Positions 47,693-58,021 of a DNA stretch of 64,000 nt are shown here, piece by piece. Numbering within the stretch: position 1 is the first letter of the stretch; every line of letters begins with the position of its first letter. Under the pieces are notes generated by a model, which saw only the letters and a program-made list of their open reading frames with translations, was not told the origin of the DNA and made no database searches. The translations under genes were made by a program, and so were the position numbers. The stretch comes from an uncultured Eubacteriales bacterium (GTDB taxonomy: Bacteria; Bacillota; Clostridia; Christensenellales; CAG-138): contig URQH01000006.1 in the NCBI GenBank assembly GCA_900549955.1, forward strand, positions 4,116 to 68,115, given 5' to 3'.

Positions 47693-47983
47693 CTACTCCT
47701 CTTCTTCGTCGTCCGCGTCTTGGAAGTCCTCGTCCTCGTCGTCCAGCGCAATGGCGCTCTCCAGCTCCGCCTGGCGCTTCTTCTCGCGCAGGCAATCTGC
47801 GCACAGATCCGACCCATGTACGGCGGGCGCCTCTCCACACTCGCTGCAGAGCGTTTCTTCTTCCTCGGCCGCCGGCTCTGCCTGGATGCGCCCGTTCTTC
47901 ATGGCGCGCAGGCACACGTTGCAATATTGTTCGCCCTCGCGAATGTAGTTCAGTTCACACTTGGGGCACTTTCTCAATGCCAT
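47693..47983 (-). CDS. Small double zinc-ribbon protein with an acidic C-terminal tail
   Basis: 96 aa. CPKC..x11..CNVC and CSEC..x11..CADC, ending DDEDEDFQDADDEEEE. Codon usage is consistent with its neighbours. Confidence 0.55.
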   Translation of the reverse strand: MALRKCPKCELNYIREGEQYCNVCLRAMKNGRIQAEPAAEEEETLCSECGEAPAVHGSDLCADCLREKKRQAELESAIALDDEDEDFQDADDEEEE

Positions 47984-48073
47984 AGTTCCGTTCTCCTCGA
48001 CGATATCGCTTGCGGCACGCAGCAGGCGCGCCGTCTGATTCAGTGCATATTATGCAGAACGGATGGCAACATG

Positions 48074-48685
48074 TCAAGGGCTAACCGTGACTTTTTCGAC
48101 ATCCTGTAAAATTTGGCCGATCCGCTGGAGCAGCGCTTCCCGCCCGTCGTGCGTTTCGGAGGAATACGGCACGGCAAACGGCGGCGCGCCCAGCTGCTTT
48201 GCCGCGGCATTGGCTGCCTGCTGGCGTTTGGACTTTGCAAGCTTGTCCGCCTTGGTGGCCACGAGCGTGAAGGGCACGCCATAGTAGAGCACCCACTCGA
48301 ACATCTGCCGGTCCTCCTGCGTCGGGGCGTGGCGGATGTCGAGCAGCAAAAACAGGTGCGTCACCCTGCCGCTGCCCAAGTAACTTTCGATCAGCTCGCC
48401 CCAGCCGCGCTGCTCTTCCTTGCCGGCGCGGGCAAATCCATAGCCCGGCAGATCCACGAGATAAAAGTCGCGGTTGAGCAGGAAAAAATTGATCAGCCGC
48501 GTCTTGCCCGGCGTCTGCGAGGTCTTGGCAAGCTTGAAATTGTTGCACAGGCTGTTGATCAGGCTCGATTTCCCCACGTTGCTCTTGCCTACAACGGCGA
48601 TCTCGCAGCGGGCGGCGGGCGGGTACGGCGTGCCGCGCCCCACGCTCGTCAAAAACGCGGCCTGCTTAATGGCAAACGGCTGCAT
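48074..48685 (-). CDS. engB: Ribosome biogenesis GTPase YihA/YsxC
   Basis: ORF 48074..48907. Start moved to ATG 48685 ([15 protein letters not shown]...). G1 [13 protein letters not shown]3 DLPGYG, G4 TKADK. Lies downstream of lon, as in Bacillus. Confidence 0.9.
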   Translation of the reverse strand: MQPFAIKQAAFLTSVGRGTPYPPAARCEIAVVGKSNVGKSSLINSLCNNFKLAKTSQTPGKTRLINFFLLNRDFYLVDLPGYGFARAGKEEQRGWGELIESYLGSGRVTHLFLLLDIRHAPTQEDRQMFEWVLYYGVPFTLVATKADKLAKSKRQQAANAAAKQLGAPPFAVPYSSETHDGREALLQRIGQILQDVEKVTVSP

Positions 48686-51035
48686 TCCCCGTCTCCTCGC
48701 CCGGCAATACGGGCGCATTGCCCTGGACGGGGCGCTGCTCGAGCGCATGCTCGAGCACCGCGTCCGCCTCGTCCACAAATACGATCTCCAATGCCTCCAG
48801 CACCGATTCTGGCACGTCGTACAGGCTCTGCCGGTTTTTCTCCGGCAGCAGCACGGTGGTGATCCCTGCGCGCACGGCAGCCAGCAGCTTTTCGCGCAGC
48901 CCGCCAATCGGCAGCACGCGGCCGCGGAGGGTGATTTCGCCCGTCATGGCCACGCCTGCGCGCACCGGGATGCCGGAAAGCGCGGAGGCAAGCGCCGTCA
49001 TCATCGCAATGCCGGCGGACGGCCCGTCCTTGGGAACCGCCCCCTCGGGCACGTGGATGTGGATGTCGATCTTGTCGAAGCAGTCCGGCTCCACGCCGAG
49101 GCACGCCGCATTTGCGCGCACATAGGTCATGGCCGCCTGCGCGCTCTCCTGCATCACGTCGCCGAGCTGTCCGGTCAACTGCAGTTTGCCCTTGCCGGGC
49201 ATGACGCTGACCTCGATCTCCAGCGTCTCGCCGCCGACCGGCGTCCAGGCCAGCCCCGTCACCGCGCCGATGCGCGGCTCGGCCGCGACCGATTCGTGGC
49301 GGTATTTTGCCGGCCCCAGCCAGTCCGCAATGCGCGAGAGCGAGAGCTGCACGCGCTGTCTGCCCTCGACGACCTCGCACGCGGCCTTGCGGCACACGCT
49401 ACCGAGTACCCGTTCAAGCTGGCGCACGCCGGCCTCGCGCGTATAGCCCTCGATCAGGCGGGCCATGCAGCGGTCGTCCACGCGCAGGTTGGTGCGCTTG
49501 AGGCCGTTCTTCTCCATCTGGCGCGGCAGCAGGTGACGCTTGGCGATCTCCATCTTCTCGTCAAACAGATACCCCGGCACCTCGATCATCTCCATGCGGT
49601 CGCGCAGCGGCCCGGGAATCCGGTCCGCGTCGTTGGCCGTGGTCATCAGCAGGCACTGCGACAGGTCGTATGGCAGCTCCAGGAAGTGATCCGCAAAGCT
49701 GTTGTTCTGCGCGCTGTCCAGCACCTCGAGCATCGCCGCGGACGGGTCGCCATGGATGTCGGACGCCAGCTTGTCAATTTCGTCAAACAGCAGCAGCGGA
49801 TTGACCGTCCCCGCCTGCTGCATGGCGGCGATCACCCGGCCAGGCCGCGCCCCGATGTACGTGCGGCGATGGCCGCGGATCTCGGCTTCATCGTGCACGC
49901 CGCCCAGGCTCATGCGCACAAACCGCCGCCCCATGGCCTTTGCAATCGCCGACGCGATGGACGTCTTGCCCACGCCCGGCGGGCCCACGAGGCACAGGAT
50001 CTGCCCCTGCGGGTTGCCGGTCAGCTTCTGCACGGCCAGCATTTCAAGGATGCGCTTCTTCACGCGCTCCATGCCGTAGTGGTCGGCGTCGAGCACGGCC
50101 CGCGCGTTTTCCAGGTCGAGATTGTCCTCCGTGCGCTCGGTCCACGGCAGGTCGAGCACGCACTCGATGTACGCCTGCGCCATGGGCTGCTCGTGCGAAC
50201 CGCGCGGCAGGCTGGCCAACCGGTCGATCTCCTTGGTGAGCTTCATGCGCACCGGTTCCGGCAGCGCCTTCTCCTCCATGCGCGCGCGATAGCCCGCGGC
50301 CAGGTCCTCCTCGCCGCCGCCCAGCTCCTCCTGTACCGCGCGCAGCTGCTCGCGCAGCACAAACTCGCGCTGGTTCTGCTCCACCGCCGCCTTGACCTTG
50401 CCGGCAATGCGGCGTTCCATCTCCATGATCTCCATCTCTTTTTGGAGCAAGGTCAGCAGCTTGACGGCGCGCAGTTCGGCGTCCGGTTCCTCGAGCAGCC
50501 CCTGTTTGTCCTCCAGTTTGGCCGCCACGTTGCGCCCGACCGCATCGGTAAACGGGCCGAAGCCCTCCGTCTGCAGCACGCTCTCGCGCTGCTCCGACGT
50601 CAGGCGGTTCTGCGCCACCGCAAACGCGGCAAAGCCCGCGCCAAGGCTCCGGCGGAGCGCCTCCGCCATCGGCGCGTCCGGCTCGCGCTCGGCCAGGTAG
50701 CTGATCTCGGCCAGGAAACACGGAGACTCCTGCACCACCCGTTCCACCCGTGCACGCGCCACGCCCGTGACCAGCAGGCGGACCGTATCCCCCTGGATGC
50801 GGAACACCTGACGGATACGGCAGACCGTACCGACGGATGCAAAATCGTCCGGATGCACGTCGACCAGCTTCGGGTCGGCCTGCGCACAAAAGCACGCCAA
50901 CCCGTCGGCGGACAGCGCCTGCTCGATGGCGCTGAGCGTCTTCTTCCTTCCAATATCGCAATGGATCACCTCGCCCGGCAGCACGGCAATGCCGCGCAGC
51001 GGCACAATAGGCATTCTGATTTTTTCTGATACCAT
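48666..51035 (-). CDS. lon: ATP-dependent Lon protease (LonA)
   Basis: 789 aa. Lon N-domain ([15 protein letters not shown]), Walker [10 protein letters not shown], protease site [20 protein letters not shown]. Confidence 0.95.
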   Translation of the reverse strand: MVSEKIRMPIVPLRGIAVLPGEVIHCDIGRKKTLSAIEQALSADGLACFCAQADPKLVDVHPDDFASVGTVCRIRQVFRIQGDTVRLLVTGVARARVERVVQESPCFLAEISYLAEREPDAPMAEALRRSLGAGFAAFAVAQNRLTSEQRESVLQTEGFGPFTDAVGRNVAAKLEDKQGLLEEPDAELRAVKLLTLLQKEMEIMEMERRIAGKVKAAVEQNQREFVLREQLRAVQEELGGGEEDLAAGYRARMEEKALPEPVRMKLTKEIDRLASLPRGSHEQPMAQAYIECVLDLPWTERTEDNLDLENARAVLDADHYGMERVKKRILEMLAVQKLTGNPQGQILCLVGPPGVGKTSIASAIAKAMGRRFVRMSLGGVHDEAEIRGHRRTYIGARPGRVIAAMQQAGTVNPLLLFDEIDKLASDIHGDPSAAMLEVLDSAQNNSFADHFLELPYDLSQCLLMTTANDADRIPGPLRDRMEMIEVPGYLFDEKMEIAKRHLLPRQMEKNGLKRTNLRVDDRCMARLIEGYTREAGVRQLERVLGSVCRKAACEVVEGRQRVQLSLSRIADWLGPAKYRHESVAAEPRIGAVTGLAWTPVGGETLEIEVSVMPGKGKLQLTGQLGDVMQESAQAAMTYVRANAACLGVEPDCFDKIDIHIHVPEGAVPKDGPSAGIAMMTALASALSGIPVRAGVAMTGEITLRGRVLPIGGLREKLLAAVRAGITTVLLPEKNRQSLYDVPESVLEALEIVFVDEADAVLEHALEQRPVQGNAPVLPGEETGNAAVCH

Positions 51036-51096
51036 ATGACTCTCTCCTTCAGGTTGTATCAGTATACAACCTTAGGATATAGTATAATGGTATCTG

Positions 51097-52770
51097 TCAG
51101 TTTGTGCAAACAGTGATCGTAACCACGTCGTGTTTTTCTTGTGACACTTTTTCGTCAAATGCGATGGCGAACGCCTCTTCCAGCGTAGAGACGGGGCAGA
51201 CCGCAGGTTGGGCGGCAAATTCGGCGTCGTCGTTCTCCAGCGGGATCAGCACGCGCACCGCCCCCGCCCCGAGCGCCGCCTCCAGCTTTTCCCGCACCCT
51301 GCCGACCGGGCGCACCTCGCCGTGGATCGTCACTTCGCCGGTCGCGGCCGTCAGCGGCAGCGGCGCGCGCCCGTTCACGGCGCTGTACAGCGCAATGGCG
51401 ATGGCAATGCCGGCCGATGGCCCGTCCGTAGGCAGGCCGCCCGGGATGTTGAAGCGCACCTCGTATTCGCCAAAGTCCACGCCGGTGATGTCGCCCACGG
51501 CGCAGAGCACGTTTTCTACCGAGCCGCGCGCGGTGCTCTTGCGCCGCAGTTTCTTGCCCCGCAGGTCGATCTCCTCTTCCTCCACGATGCCGCCGAGCAC
51601 CAGGCCGGGCTTCCTGCTCTTTTTGATCATACACTCGATCTCCATGGCCATGCCGCCGCCCATGCCGTTGACCGCGAGCATGTTGGCCACGCCCACGCAC
51701 GGTTCGGCGCGCAGCCGCTGCACCGGCATCGGCGCATAGTTGCAGGTGCGCGCGACCCAGGCCACGTCGTCCTCCCGGATTTCGCTGCGATGCTCGCCAT
51801 AGGCCACGCCCGCGGCCAGCTGCACGATGTTCACCGCGTCGCGCCCGCTCGACGCATAGCGCGCGCAGGCCAGCGCGGCGTCGTGCCCCATGGCCATGCC
51901 CGCGCGCGACGCGGCCCCCTCCGCCACGCGCATGCGCTCCGTCGGGCCCAGCGGCTTGAAATACAGCTCTACGCACCGGGACCGCAGCGCCGGCGGCAGC
52001 TCCTCCGGGCGGCGCGTCGTCGCGCCGACCAGGCGGAAATCCGCCGGCAGGCCGTTTTGGAAGATGTCGTGGATGTGCGCCGGGATGCTGGTGTTGTCCG
52101 GCGCGTAATACGCGCTTTCAAAGTGCACGCACCGGTCCTCCAATACCTTGAGGAGCTTGTTCATCTGCATCGGATGCAGCTCCCCGATCTCGTCGAGAAA
52201 CAGCACGCCGCAGTGCGCGCGCGTCACCGCGCCGGGCTTTGGCTGCGGCACGCCCCGGCTCCCGAGCGCGCCGGCGCCCTGGTAAATGGGGTCGTGCACG
52301 GAACCCAGCAGCGGGTCGGCAATCGCCCGCTCGTCAAACCGCACGCACGTGGCGTCCATCTCCACAAACTTCGACTCCTCCGTAAACGGGGAATCCGGGC
52401 GCTTTTTCGCCTCCTCCAGCACGAGGCGCGCCGCGCACGTCTTCCCGACGCCCGGCGGGCCATAGATCAGCACGTGCTGCGGATTCGGCCCGCACAGCGC
52501 CGCCATCAGCGCGCGGATGCCGGCCTCCTGGCCCACGATGTCCTCAAAACGCATGGGCCGCGCCCGTTCGGACAGCGGCTCGTTCAAATGCCGCGCACGC
52601 AGCGCCGCCAGGTTGCGCATCTCCGCAGCGCCCTGGCGCGCCGCGCCGGCGCGCCCCTGCGACCCGGACTCCGGCTGCACCGCCGGGCGCCTGCGCCGCC
52701 GCCAGAGCACGAACACCAGGCCGCCCAGCGCGAGCGTTTCCAATACGATGATCCAAATCAAATCCTTCAT
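51097..52770 (-). CDS. lonB: LonB-type ATP-dependent protease (membrane-anchored)
   Basis: 557 aa. N-terminal TM helix, Walker [10 protein letters not shown], protease motif [10 protein letters not shown]. lonB-lon-engB order as in Bacillus subtilis. Confidence 0.85.
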   Translation of the reverse strand: MKDLIWIIVLETLALGGLVFVLWRRRRRPAVQPESGSQGRAGAARQGAAEMRNLAALRARHLNEPLSERARPMRFEDIVGQEAGIRALMAALCGPNPQHVLIYGPPGVGKTCAARLVLEEAKKRPDSPFTEESKFVEMDATCVRFDERAIADPLLGSVHDPIYQGAGALGSRGVPQPKPGAVTRAHCGVLFLDEIGELHPMQMNKLLKVLEDRCVHFESAYYAPDNTSIPAHIHDIFQNGLPADFRLVGATTRRPEELPPALRSRCVELYFKPLGPTERMRVAEGAASRAGMAMGHDAALACARYASSGRDAVNIVQLAAGVAYGEHRSEIREDDVAWVARTCNYAPMPVQRLRAEPCVGVANMLAVNGMGGGMAMEIECMIKKSRKPGLVLGGIVEEEEIDLRGKKLRRKSTARGSVENVLCAVGDITGVDFGEYEVRFNIPGGLPTDGPSAGIAIAIALYSAVNGRAPLPLTAATGEVTIHGEVRPVGRVREKLEAALGAGAVRVLIPLENDDAEFAAQPAVCPVSTLEEAFAIAFDEKVSQEKHDVVTITVCTN

Positions 52771-52978
52771 GCCGTTAGTATGCGCCGATCGGCCGCGGCA
52801 TGCGCTGCAAATTGCGCGTTTCCACCATTTTCCCTGCGGCAGCCGCGCGGCGCGGCCGCCGGCACGCGCGCACCGTTCATAAAACCTTCAAAGACTGGAC
52901 AACTCCATGTCACATCCGGCGCGCATACTAAAAAGAACCAACTTGGTAGGTACTGATCGACGAGGAGCGTGTTGCGTC

Positions 52979-54178
52979 ATGAAATTTTTGCTGGCCGCCG
53001 CCACCGGCGTGCTGCTGCTGCTGAGCGGCTGCACATGCAGCCCCGCTTCGCCATCCGGCGACGCGGCAACCGCCGCGCCGTCCGCCTCCCCGACCGGCGA
53101 ACTGCTGCAGGTCCTGGACCCGCTGGCCAGGCTGACCGGGGCGCACGTCCTCATGGGAGATGCTGAAACGGTCAACGGCGGCACCTATGACAGCTTTTTT
53201 GAAGATGAAGTGGCCGTGCTCATCTCGAGCGGCGCACTGGAATCCACCGGCTTGCAGATCGACAAGACCGGCGACACGCAGAACCTGGAAGAGGCGCTTT
53301 CCTATGGGCTGAATGCGGCCGTACACGTGCGCGACGCGAGTATTGCCACGCTCACGGACACGCTGCTCACGACCAACGGCCTGGGCGCGGCAGGCGTGTT
53401 CTGCACCGGCGACGGTTCCTCCGCCATCCTGAGCGGCGGGCTGCTGTCCACCGCCGGCGAGGCCTCCCCGGCCATCGCCGCGCTCGACGGCGCCGCCGTG
53501 CAGCTGCAGGACACGGAGCTGCTCACCGATAGCCTGCAATCCCCGTGCCTGCTCGCCCGGGGCGGCGCGCACATCGAGGCCGCCGGCATCCGCGCCAACG
53601 CGTCGGAGGCGGGCCTGCTGGAGCTGGAGGACGCGTCCCTCACGCTCGACAACTGCACGCTCAGCGGCGCGGGCGCGCGCCTGAGCGGCGCAGCCTCGCT
53701 CACGGCCACGGGCGGCGCCCTGACCGCCAGCACCGCCGACGCGCTGTTCACGCTGACGGGCGGCGAAGCCACCGTCTCGCTGACCGGCGTGGCGCTGACC
53801 CGGTCCGAGGGCGGCGCCCTGCTCTCCGTCCTGTCCGGGCGCCTGTCGCTGCTGTGCGACTATCAGGCGCTCGAGGGCGAGCTCTCGGTCGCGGACGGCG
53901 CAACGCTTTCCGTCACGCTGCAGAACAACAGCACCTTTACCGGCAGCGTGAGCGCGGACGAGCGCATGCGCCTCTCGCTGTCGCTCGACGCGACGAGCCG
54001 CTGGTTCGTCACGGGCGACTCCTACATCGAAGCGCTTTCCGACGCGGACGCCACGCTCCAGAACATCGAAAGCAACGGGTTCACGATCTACTACAATTCC
54101 GAGAATGAAGCCAACGCCTGGCTGGACAGCAAGCCGTATGCGCTGCCCGGCGGCGGCTACCTCTCGCCGTTGATCTGA
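52979..54178 (+). CDS. Secreted lipoprotein with G/A/L/T/S-rich beta-helix-like repeats
   Basis: ORF 52907..54178. Start moved to ATG 52979 (MKFLLAAATGVLLLLSGC, with lipobox LSGC). Repetitive segments such as LSGAGARLSGAASLTATGGALTAS. Function unknown. Confidence 0.65.
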   Translation: MKFLLAAATGVLLLLSGCTCSPASPSGDAATAAPSASPTGELLQVLDPLARLTGAHVLMGDAETVNGGTYDSFFEDEVAVLISSGALESTGLQIDKTGDTQNLEEALSYGLNAAVHVRDASIATLTDTLLTTNGLGAAGVFCTGDGSSAILSGGLLSTAGEASPAIAALDGAAVQLQDTELLTDSLQSPCLLARGGAHIEAAGIRANASEAGLLELEDASLTLDNCTLSGAGARLSGAASLTATGGALTASTADALFTLTGGEATVSLTGVALTRSEGGALLSVLSGRLSLLCDYQALEGELSVADGATLSVTLQNNSTFTGSVSADERMRLSLSLDATSRWFVTGDSYIEALSDADATLQNIESNGFTIYYNSENEANAWLDSKPYALPGGGYLSPLI

Positions 54179-54227
54179 CGGGAAGGCGCGACTGTAGCGC
54201 TCCATGGCATGCATTTCGTCGCCGCAC

Positions 54228-54262
54228 GGGGGACGGGCAGACGCCCGCCCTCCGTTTTTTGT
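54228..54262 (+). terminator. Rho-independent terminator after the lipoprotein gene
   Basis: GC-rich imperfect hairpin GGGGGACGGGC-agac-GCCCGCCCTCC followed by GTTTTTTGTTG. Confidence 0.5.
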
Positions 54263-54357
54263 TGCATTCCGGCCGGCAGATGAACGGCATTTGCCACGAT
54301 TTTGCCAAAAACGGGGTGCATTCTTTTAAATAGAGAACGTACCCAAAGGAGGACCCC

Positions 54358-56031
54358 ATGGAACAGACTGACCACACCTTTGCCGCCGCACAGCAGAAGA
54401 ACCAGCGCAAAAAGCGCCTCCGCACGCTCGCTGTGCTCGCCGCGGCCATCGTCGTGCTCGCCATCGCCGCCGCCGTGCTCGTGCCACTGCTCGCCACGGA
54501 CGACGCGGCCACGAGCGTACTGACCTGGCAGGTCACCACCCTGTCGGAGGGCGAGATCAGCACGAGCGTCAGCGGCAGCGGCACGCTCACGGCGCTGAGC
54601 GCCGCCACCTTCACCGCCCCGGCCGACGCGGTCGTCGAGGAAGTGCTGTTCCGGGCAGGCGACCACGTGAGCGCGGGCGACACGCTGCTCACGCTGTCCT
54701 CCGACGCGCTCGACGAGGAGCTGGAGGCGCTCGAACAGGAGCTCGACACCCTGCAAAGCTCCCTTGCCACCGCCAGCCAGGAGGCCGGCAGCCTGTACAT
54801 CACCGCGCCGAAGGCGGGCGTCGTCAAGCAGCTCACGGCTGCGGCGGGCGACGTCGTCGAGGACGCCGGCACGCTGTGCCTGATCTCGACCGACGGGCGC
54901 ATGAAGCTCGTGACCGAGGTGCCGGAGACGGTCAAAAAATATGACGTCGTGTCCGTCGTGATCGGCGACGAGACGGAGTCCGGCCTCGTCACCGGCCTCG
55001 AGGACGGGCAGGCCACCATCGTCATCGAGGAGAACAGATATGCCATCGGCGCGGAGGCTGCCGCCTATGACGCGGACGGCAACCTGCTCGGCAGCGGCGC
55101 GCTGGCGCTCAACGAATGCGTCGCCGTCACGGGCACCGCCGGGCGCATCGACACCGTGCTGACCGAGGAAAACAAGAGCGTGTCGCGCGGCGGCCGCCTG
55201 TTCCTGCTCGAGGAGGGCGCGCCCAGCGCCTCGTATCTCGAGAGCAAGGAAGAGGAGGCGGACCTGCTGGAGCAGATCGCCGAGTGCCGCGCCAAATACA
55301 GCGTCGTCGCGGAGTGGGACGCCACCGTGACCGCGCTGCCGGTGTCCGCGGGCGATGAAGTGCTCTCGGGCGACACGCTCTGTTCGCTCGCCGGCACGGA
55401 CGGCTACACGATGAGCGTCTCGGTCGACGAGCTCGACATCGGCGGCGTCGCCATCGGCCAGAGCGCGACGATCACGCTGGACGCCATCGACGGCACGTTT
55501 TCCGGCGTTGTATCCGACCTCTCCTATGAGGGCAGCGGCAGCTATGTGACCAGCTACACCGCCACGCTCGACATCGACCCGATCGAGGGCGCGCTGCCGG
55601 GCATGAGCGCCTCCGCGGAGATCGTCACCGAGACGAGCGGGCAGACGCTCATCGTGCCGGTGGACGCCGTGCAGTACGAAGGCGACGAGACGTTCCTCTA
55701 CCTCGCAGGCAGCGACACCGCGGTCGGCACCGTCTATGCCGAGACGGACCTCGACCTGACGCAGCTCACGCGCGTACCGGTGGAGACCGGCATGTCCGAC
55801 GGCAGCTACATCGCCGTGTCGGGCAAGCTGAGCGCGGGCGAGCTGATCCTCATACCGCTGCGCACGACGACCAGTGTCTATGAAGAGGAGGAAAGCAACG
55901 CCCTGTTCGCCATGCCCGGCAGCATGGGCAGCGGCAGCTTCGGCGGCGACTTTGGCGGCGACTTTGGCGGCGCCATGCCGGAGGGCGGGTTCTCCGGCGG
56001 CGGCCGCGGCGGCGAGCGGCCGAACGAGTGA
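54358..56031 (+). CDS. Efflux transporter periplasmic adaptor (HlyD/MacA family)
   Basis: 557 aa. N-terminal TM anchor, coiled-coil segment (LDEELEALEQELDTLQSSL), beta-barrel/lipoyl-like regions, G-rich tail. RBS AAAGGAGG. Confidence 0.8.
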   Translation: MEQTDHTFAAAQQKNQRKKRLRTLAVLAAAIVVLAIAAAVLVPLLATDDAATSVLTWQVTTLSEGEISTSVSGSGTLTALSAATFTAPADAVVEEVLFRAGDHVSAGDTLLTLSSDALDEELEALEQELDTLQSSLATASQEAGSLYITAPKAGVVKQLTAAAGDVVEDAGTLCLISTDGRMKLVTEVPETVKKYDVVSVVIGDETESGLVTGLEDGQATIVIEENRYAIGAEAAAYDADGNLLGSGALALNECVAVTGTAGRIDTVLTEENKSVSRGGRLFLLEEGAPSASYLESKEEEADLLEQIAECRAKYSVVAEWDATVTALPVSAGDEVLSGDTLCSLAGTDGYTMSVSVDELDIGGVAIGQSATITLDAIDGTFSGVVSDLSYEGSGSYVTSYTATLDIDPIEGALPGMSASAEIVTETSGQTLIVPVDAVQYEGDETFLYLAGSDTAVGTVYAETDLDLTQLTRVPVETGMSDGSYIAVSGKLSAGELILIPLRTTTSVYEEEESNALFAMPGSMGSGSFGGDFGGDFGGAMPEGGFSGGGRGGERPNE

Positions 56032-56041
56032 GGGCAACGCC

Positions 56042-56728
56042 ATGCTGACGCTTTCGCACATCTGTAAGACGTATCTCGTCGGGGACGAGCCGGTACACGC
56101 GCTCGTGGACGTGTCGCTCGACGTGCAGGAGGGGGAATTCGTGGCCATCTGCGGTCCCTCCGGCTCCGGCAAGACGACGCTCATGAACGTCATGGGCTGC
56201 CTCGACCTGCCCGATTCCGGCTCCTACCTGCTCGACGGCATCGACGTGGCCGCCTGCACCGACAGCGCGCTTTCAACCATCCGCAGCCGCAAGATCGGCT
56301 TCATCTTCCAGCAGTTCAACCTGCTCGACCAGATGAGCGCGCTCGAAAACGTGGAACTGCCGCTCATCTATCAAAAGCTCCCGCAGCGCGAGCGGCTGGA
56401 GCGCGCGCGGGAAGCGCTCTCGCTCGTAGGGCTTGAAAAGCGCATGCGCCACCGCCCAAGCCAGCTTTCCGGCGGGCAGCAGCAGCGCGTGGCCATTGCG
56501 CGGGCGCTGGCCTCCCGTGCCCGCGTCATCCTCGCCGACGAGCCCACCGGCAACCTCGATTCCCGCTCCGGCGACGACGTGATGCGGCTCATCTGCGGCC
56601 TGTCCGAGCAGGGCAGCACGATCGTGCTCATCACGCACAACCAGCGCGTGGCGGACATGGCGCAGCGCACGATCTATGTACACGACGGGCGCCTGTACAG
56701 CGCCGAGGAGGAGGCGAACCGGGCATGA
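56042..56728 (+). CDS. ABC transporter ATP-binding protein (MacB/LolD type)
   Basis: ORF 55874..56728. Start moved to ATG 56042 (MLTLSHICKTY). Walker A GPSGSGKTT, signature LSGGQQQRVAIARAL, Walker B ILADEPTGNLD. Confidence 0.92.
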   Translation: MLTLSHICKTYLVGDEPVHALVDVSLDVQEGEFVAICGPSGSGKTTLMNVMGCLDLPDSGSYLLDGIDVAACTDSALSTIRSRKIGFIFQQFNLLDQMSALENVELPLIYQKLPQRERLERAREALSLVGLEKRMRHRPSQLSGGQQQRVAIARALASRARVILADEPTGNLDSRSGDDVMRLICGLSEQGSTIVLITHNQRVADMAQRTIYVHDGRLYSAEEEANRA

Positions 56729-57891
56729 CCATGCTGTTCAACACCCTGCGGCTCGCCGTGCGGGCGATGCTCGCCAACAAGATGCGCTCGTTCCTCACGA
56801 TGCTCGGTATCATCATCGGCGTAACGAGCATGGTCATGCTCGTCTCCATCGGGCAGGGCGCGACCGGCGCCGTCACCGGCGCCATTGCGGACATGGGCTC
56901 CAACCTGCTGACCATCACGGTAACGGACGAGGACGTGTCGCTCTCGCGCGAGGACTTTGAAACCCTGGAGGCGTACGACGCCATTTCCGGCGTCGCGCCG
57001 TACGTGACCACGTCGAGCGTGGCCCGCGCCGGCGCCGGCTACACAAACGTCACCGCCTACGGCGTGACCGAGACGTTCCTCGAGGTGTCCGACCTCGGCG
57101 TGCAGGCAGGGCGCGGCATCGTCCCCTCCGACCTGACCTGGCGCACCAACGTGGCCGTGATCGGCGTGGAAGTCGCGGGCGAGCTGTTTGAAAGCTACGA
57201 CGTGATCGGCGAAACGTTTACGATGGACGGGCGCACGTTCACGATCGTCGGCCTGCTCGAGGAGAGCGGCTCCGATATGACCGGCTCACTCGACAGCCGC
57301 GTGCTGATCCCGCTGACCATCTGCCAGCGCATCGCAGACAGTAGCGCGATCAACACCTGTTACGTCGCCGCCGCCTCCACCGAGCAGGTCGAGCTTGCCC
57401 AGGCGCTGGCCGAAGGGCAGATGCTGCTGCTCACGCGCGACGAAGACGCCTACAGCGTATACAACATGTCGTCGCTGCTCGATACGATGGACGACGTTAT
57501 GAGCACGCTGTCGCTCATGCTCGGCGGCATTGCCGCCATCGCGCTGCTGGTCGGCGGCATCGGCATCATGAACATCATGCTCGTGTCCGTGGCCGAGCGC
57601 ACGCGCGAGATCGGCATCCGCAAGGCGGTCGGCGCGCGGCGCGTGCACATCCTGCTGCAGTTTTTGATCGAGGCCTGCTCGCTCTCCATCCTGGGCTGCG
57701 GCATCGGCATCGCATCCTCCGCGCTGGGTCTTTCCATCTTCTCCGCCATCGCCGGCACAGCCATCGCCATCGAGTGGCGCGCGGCCATTGCGGCCGTGCT
57801 GTTCAGCGTGGCCATCGGCGTGCTGTTCGGCAGCTATCCGGCGGCCAAGGCCAGCCGCATGCCCCCCATCGACGCGCTGCAGCGGCGGTAG
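56725..57891 (+). CDS. ABC transporter permease (FtsX/MacB-like)
   Basis: 388 aa. N-terminal TM, large extracytoplasmic MacB_PCD-like domain, C-terminal FtsX TM bundle. ATGA overlap with the ATPase gene. Confidence 0.88.
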   Translation: MTMLFNTLRLAVRAMLANKMRSFLTMLGIIIGVTSMVMLVSIGQGATGAVTGAIADMGSNLLTITVTDEDVSLSREDFETLEAYDAISGVAPYVTTSSVARAGAGYTNVTAYGVTETFLEVSDLGVQAGRGIVPSDLTWRTNVAVIGVEVAGELFESYDVIGETFTMDGRTFTIVGLLEESGSDMTGSLDSRVLIPLTICQRIADSSAINTCYVAAASTEQVELAQALAEGQMLLLTRDEDAYSVYNMSSLLDTMDDVMSTLSLMLGGIAAIALLVGGIGIMNIMLVSVAERTREIGIRKAVGARRVHILLQFLIEACSLSILGCGIGIASSALGLSIFSAIAGTAIAIEWRAAIAAVLFSVAIGVLFGSYPAAKASRMPPIDALQRR

Positions 57892-57958
57892 CTCCGCCGG
57901 CGCGGCAAAAGGCAACCAGCTGCGGCCGCGGACGTCCCGTCCGCAGCCGCAATTCTCT

Positions 57959-57987
57959 TTGACATTGTACAGGCAATCGTGTAGAAT
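57959..57987 (+). promoter_or_regulatory. Near-consensus sigma-A promoter
   Basis: TTGACA (57959-57964), 17 nt, TAGAAT (57982-57987), 35 nt upstream of the YcxB-like gene. Preceded by an imperfect long hairpin (about 57919-57950) after the permease gene. Confidence 0.5.
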
Positions 57988-58021
57988 AGAGACAACTTCA
58001 CAGAGGGGGATTCATTGCCGC

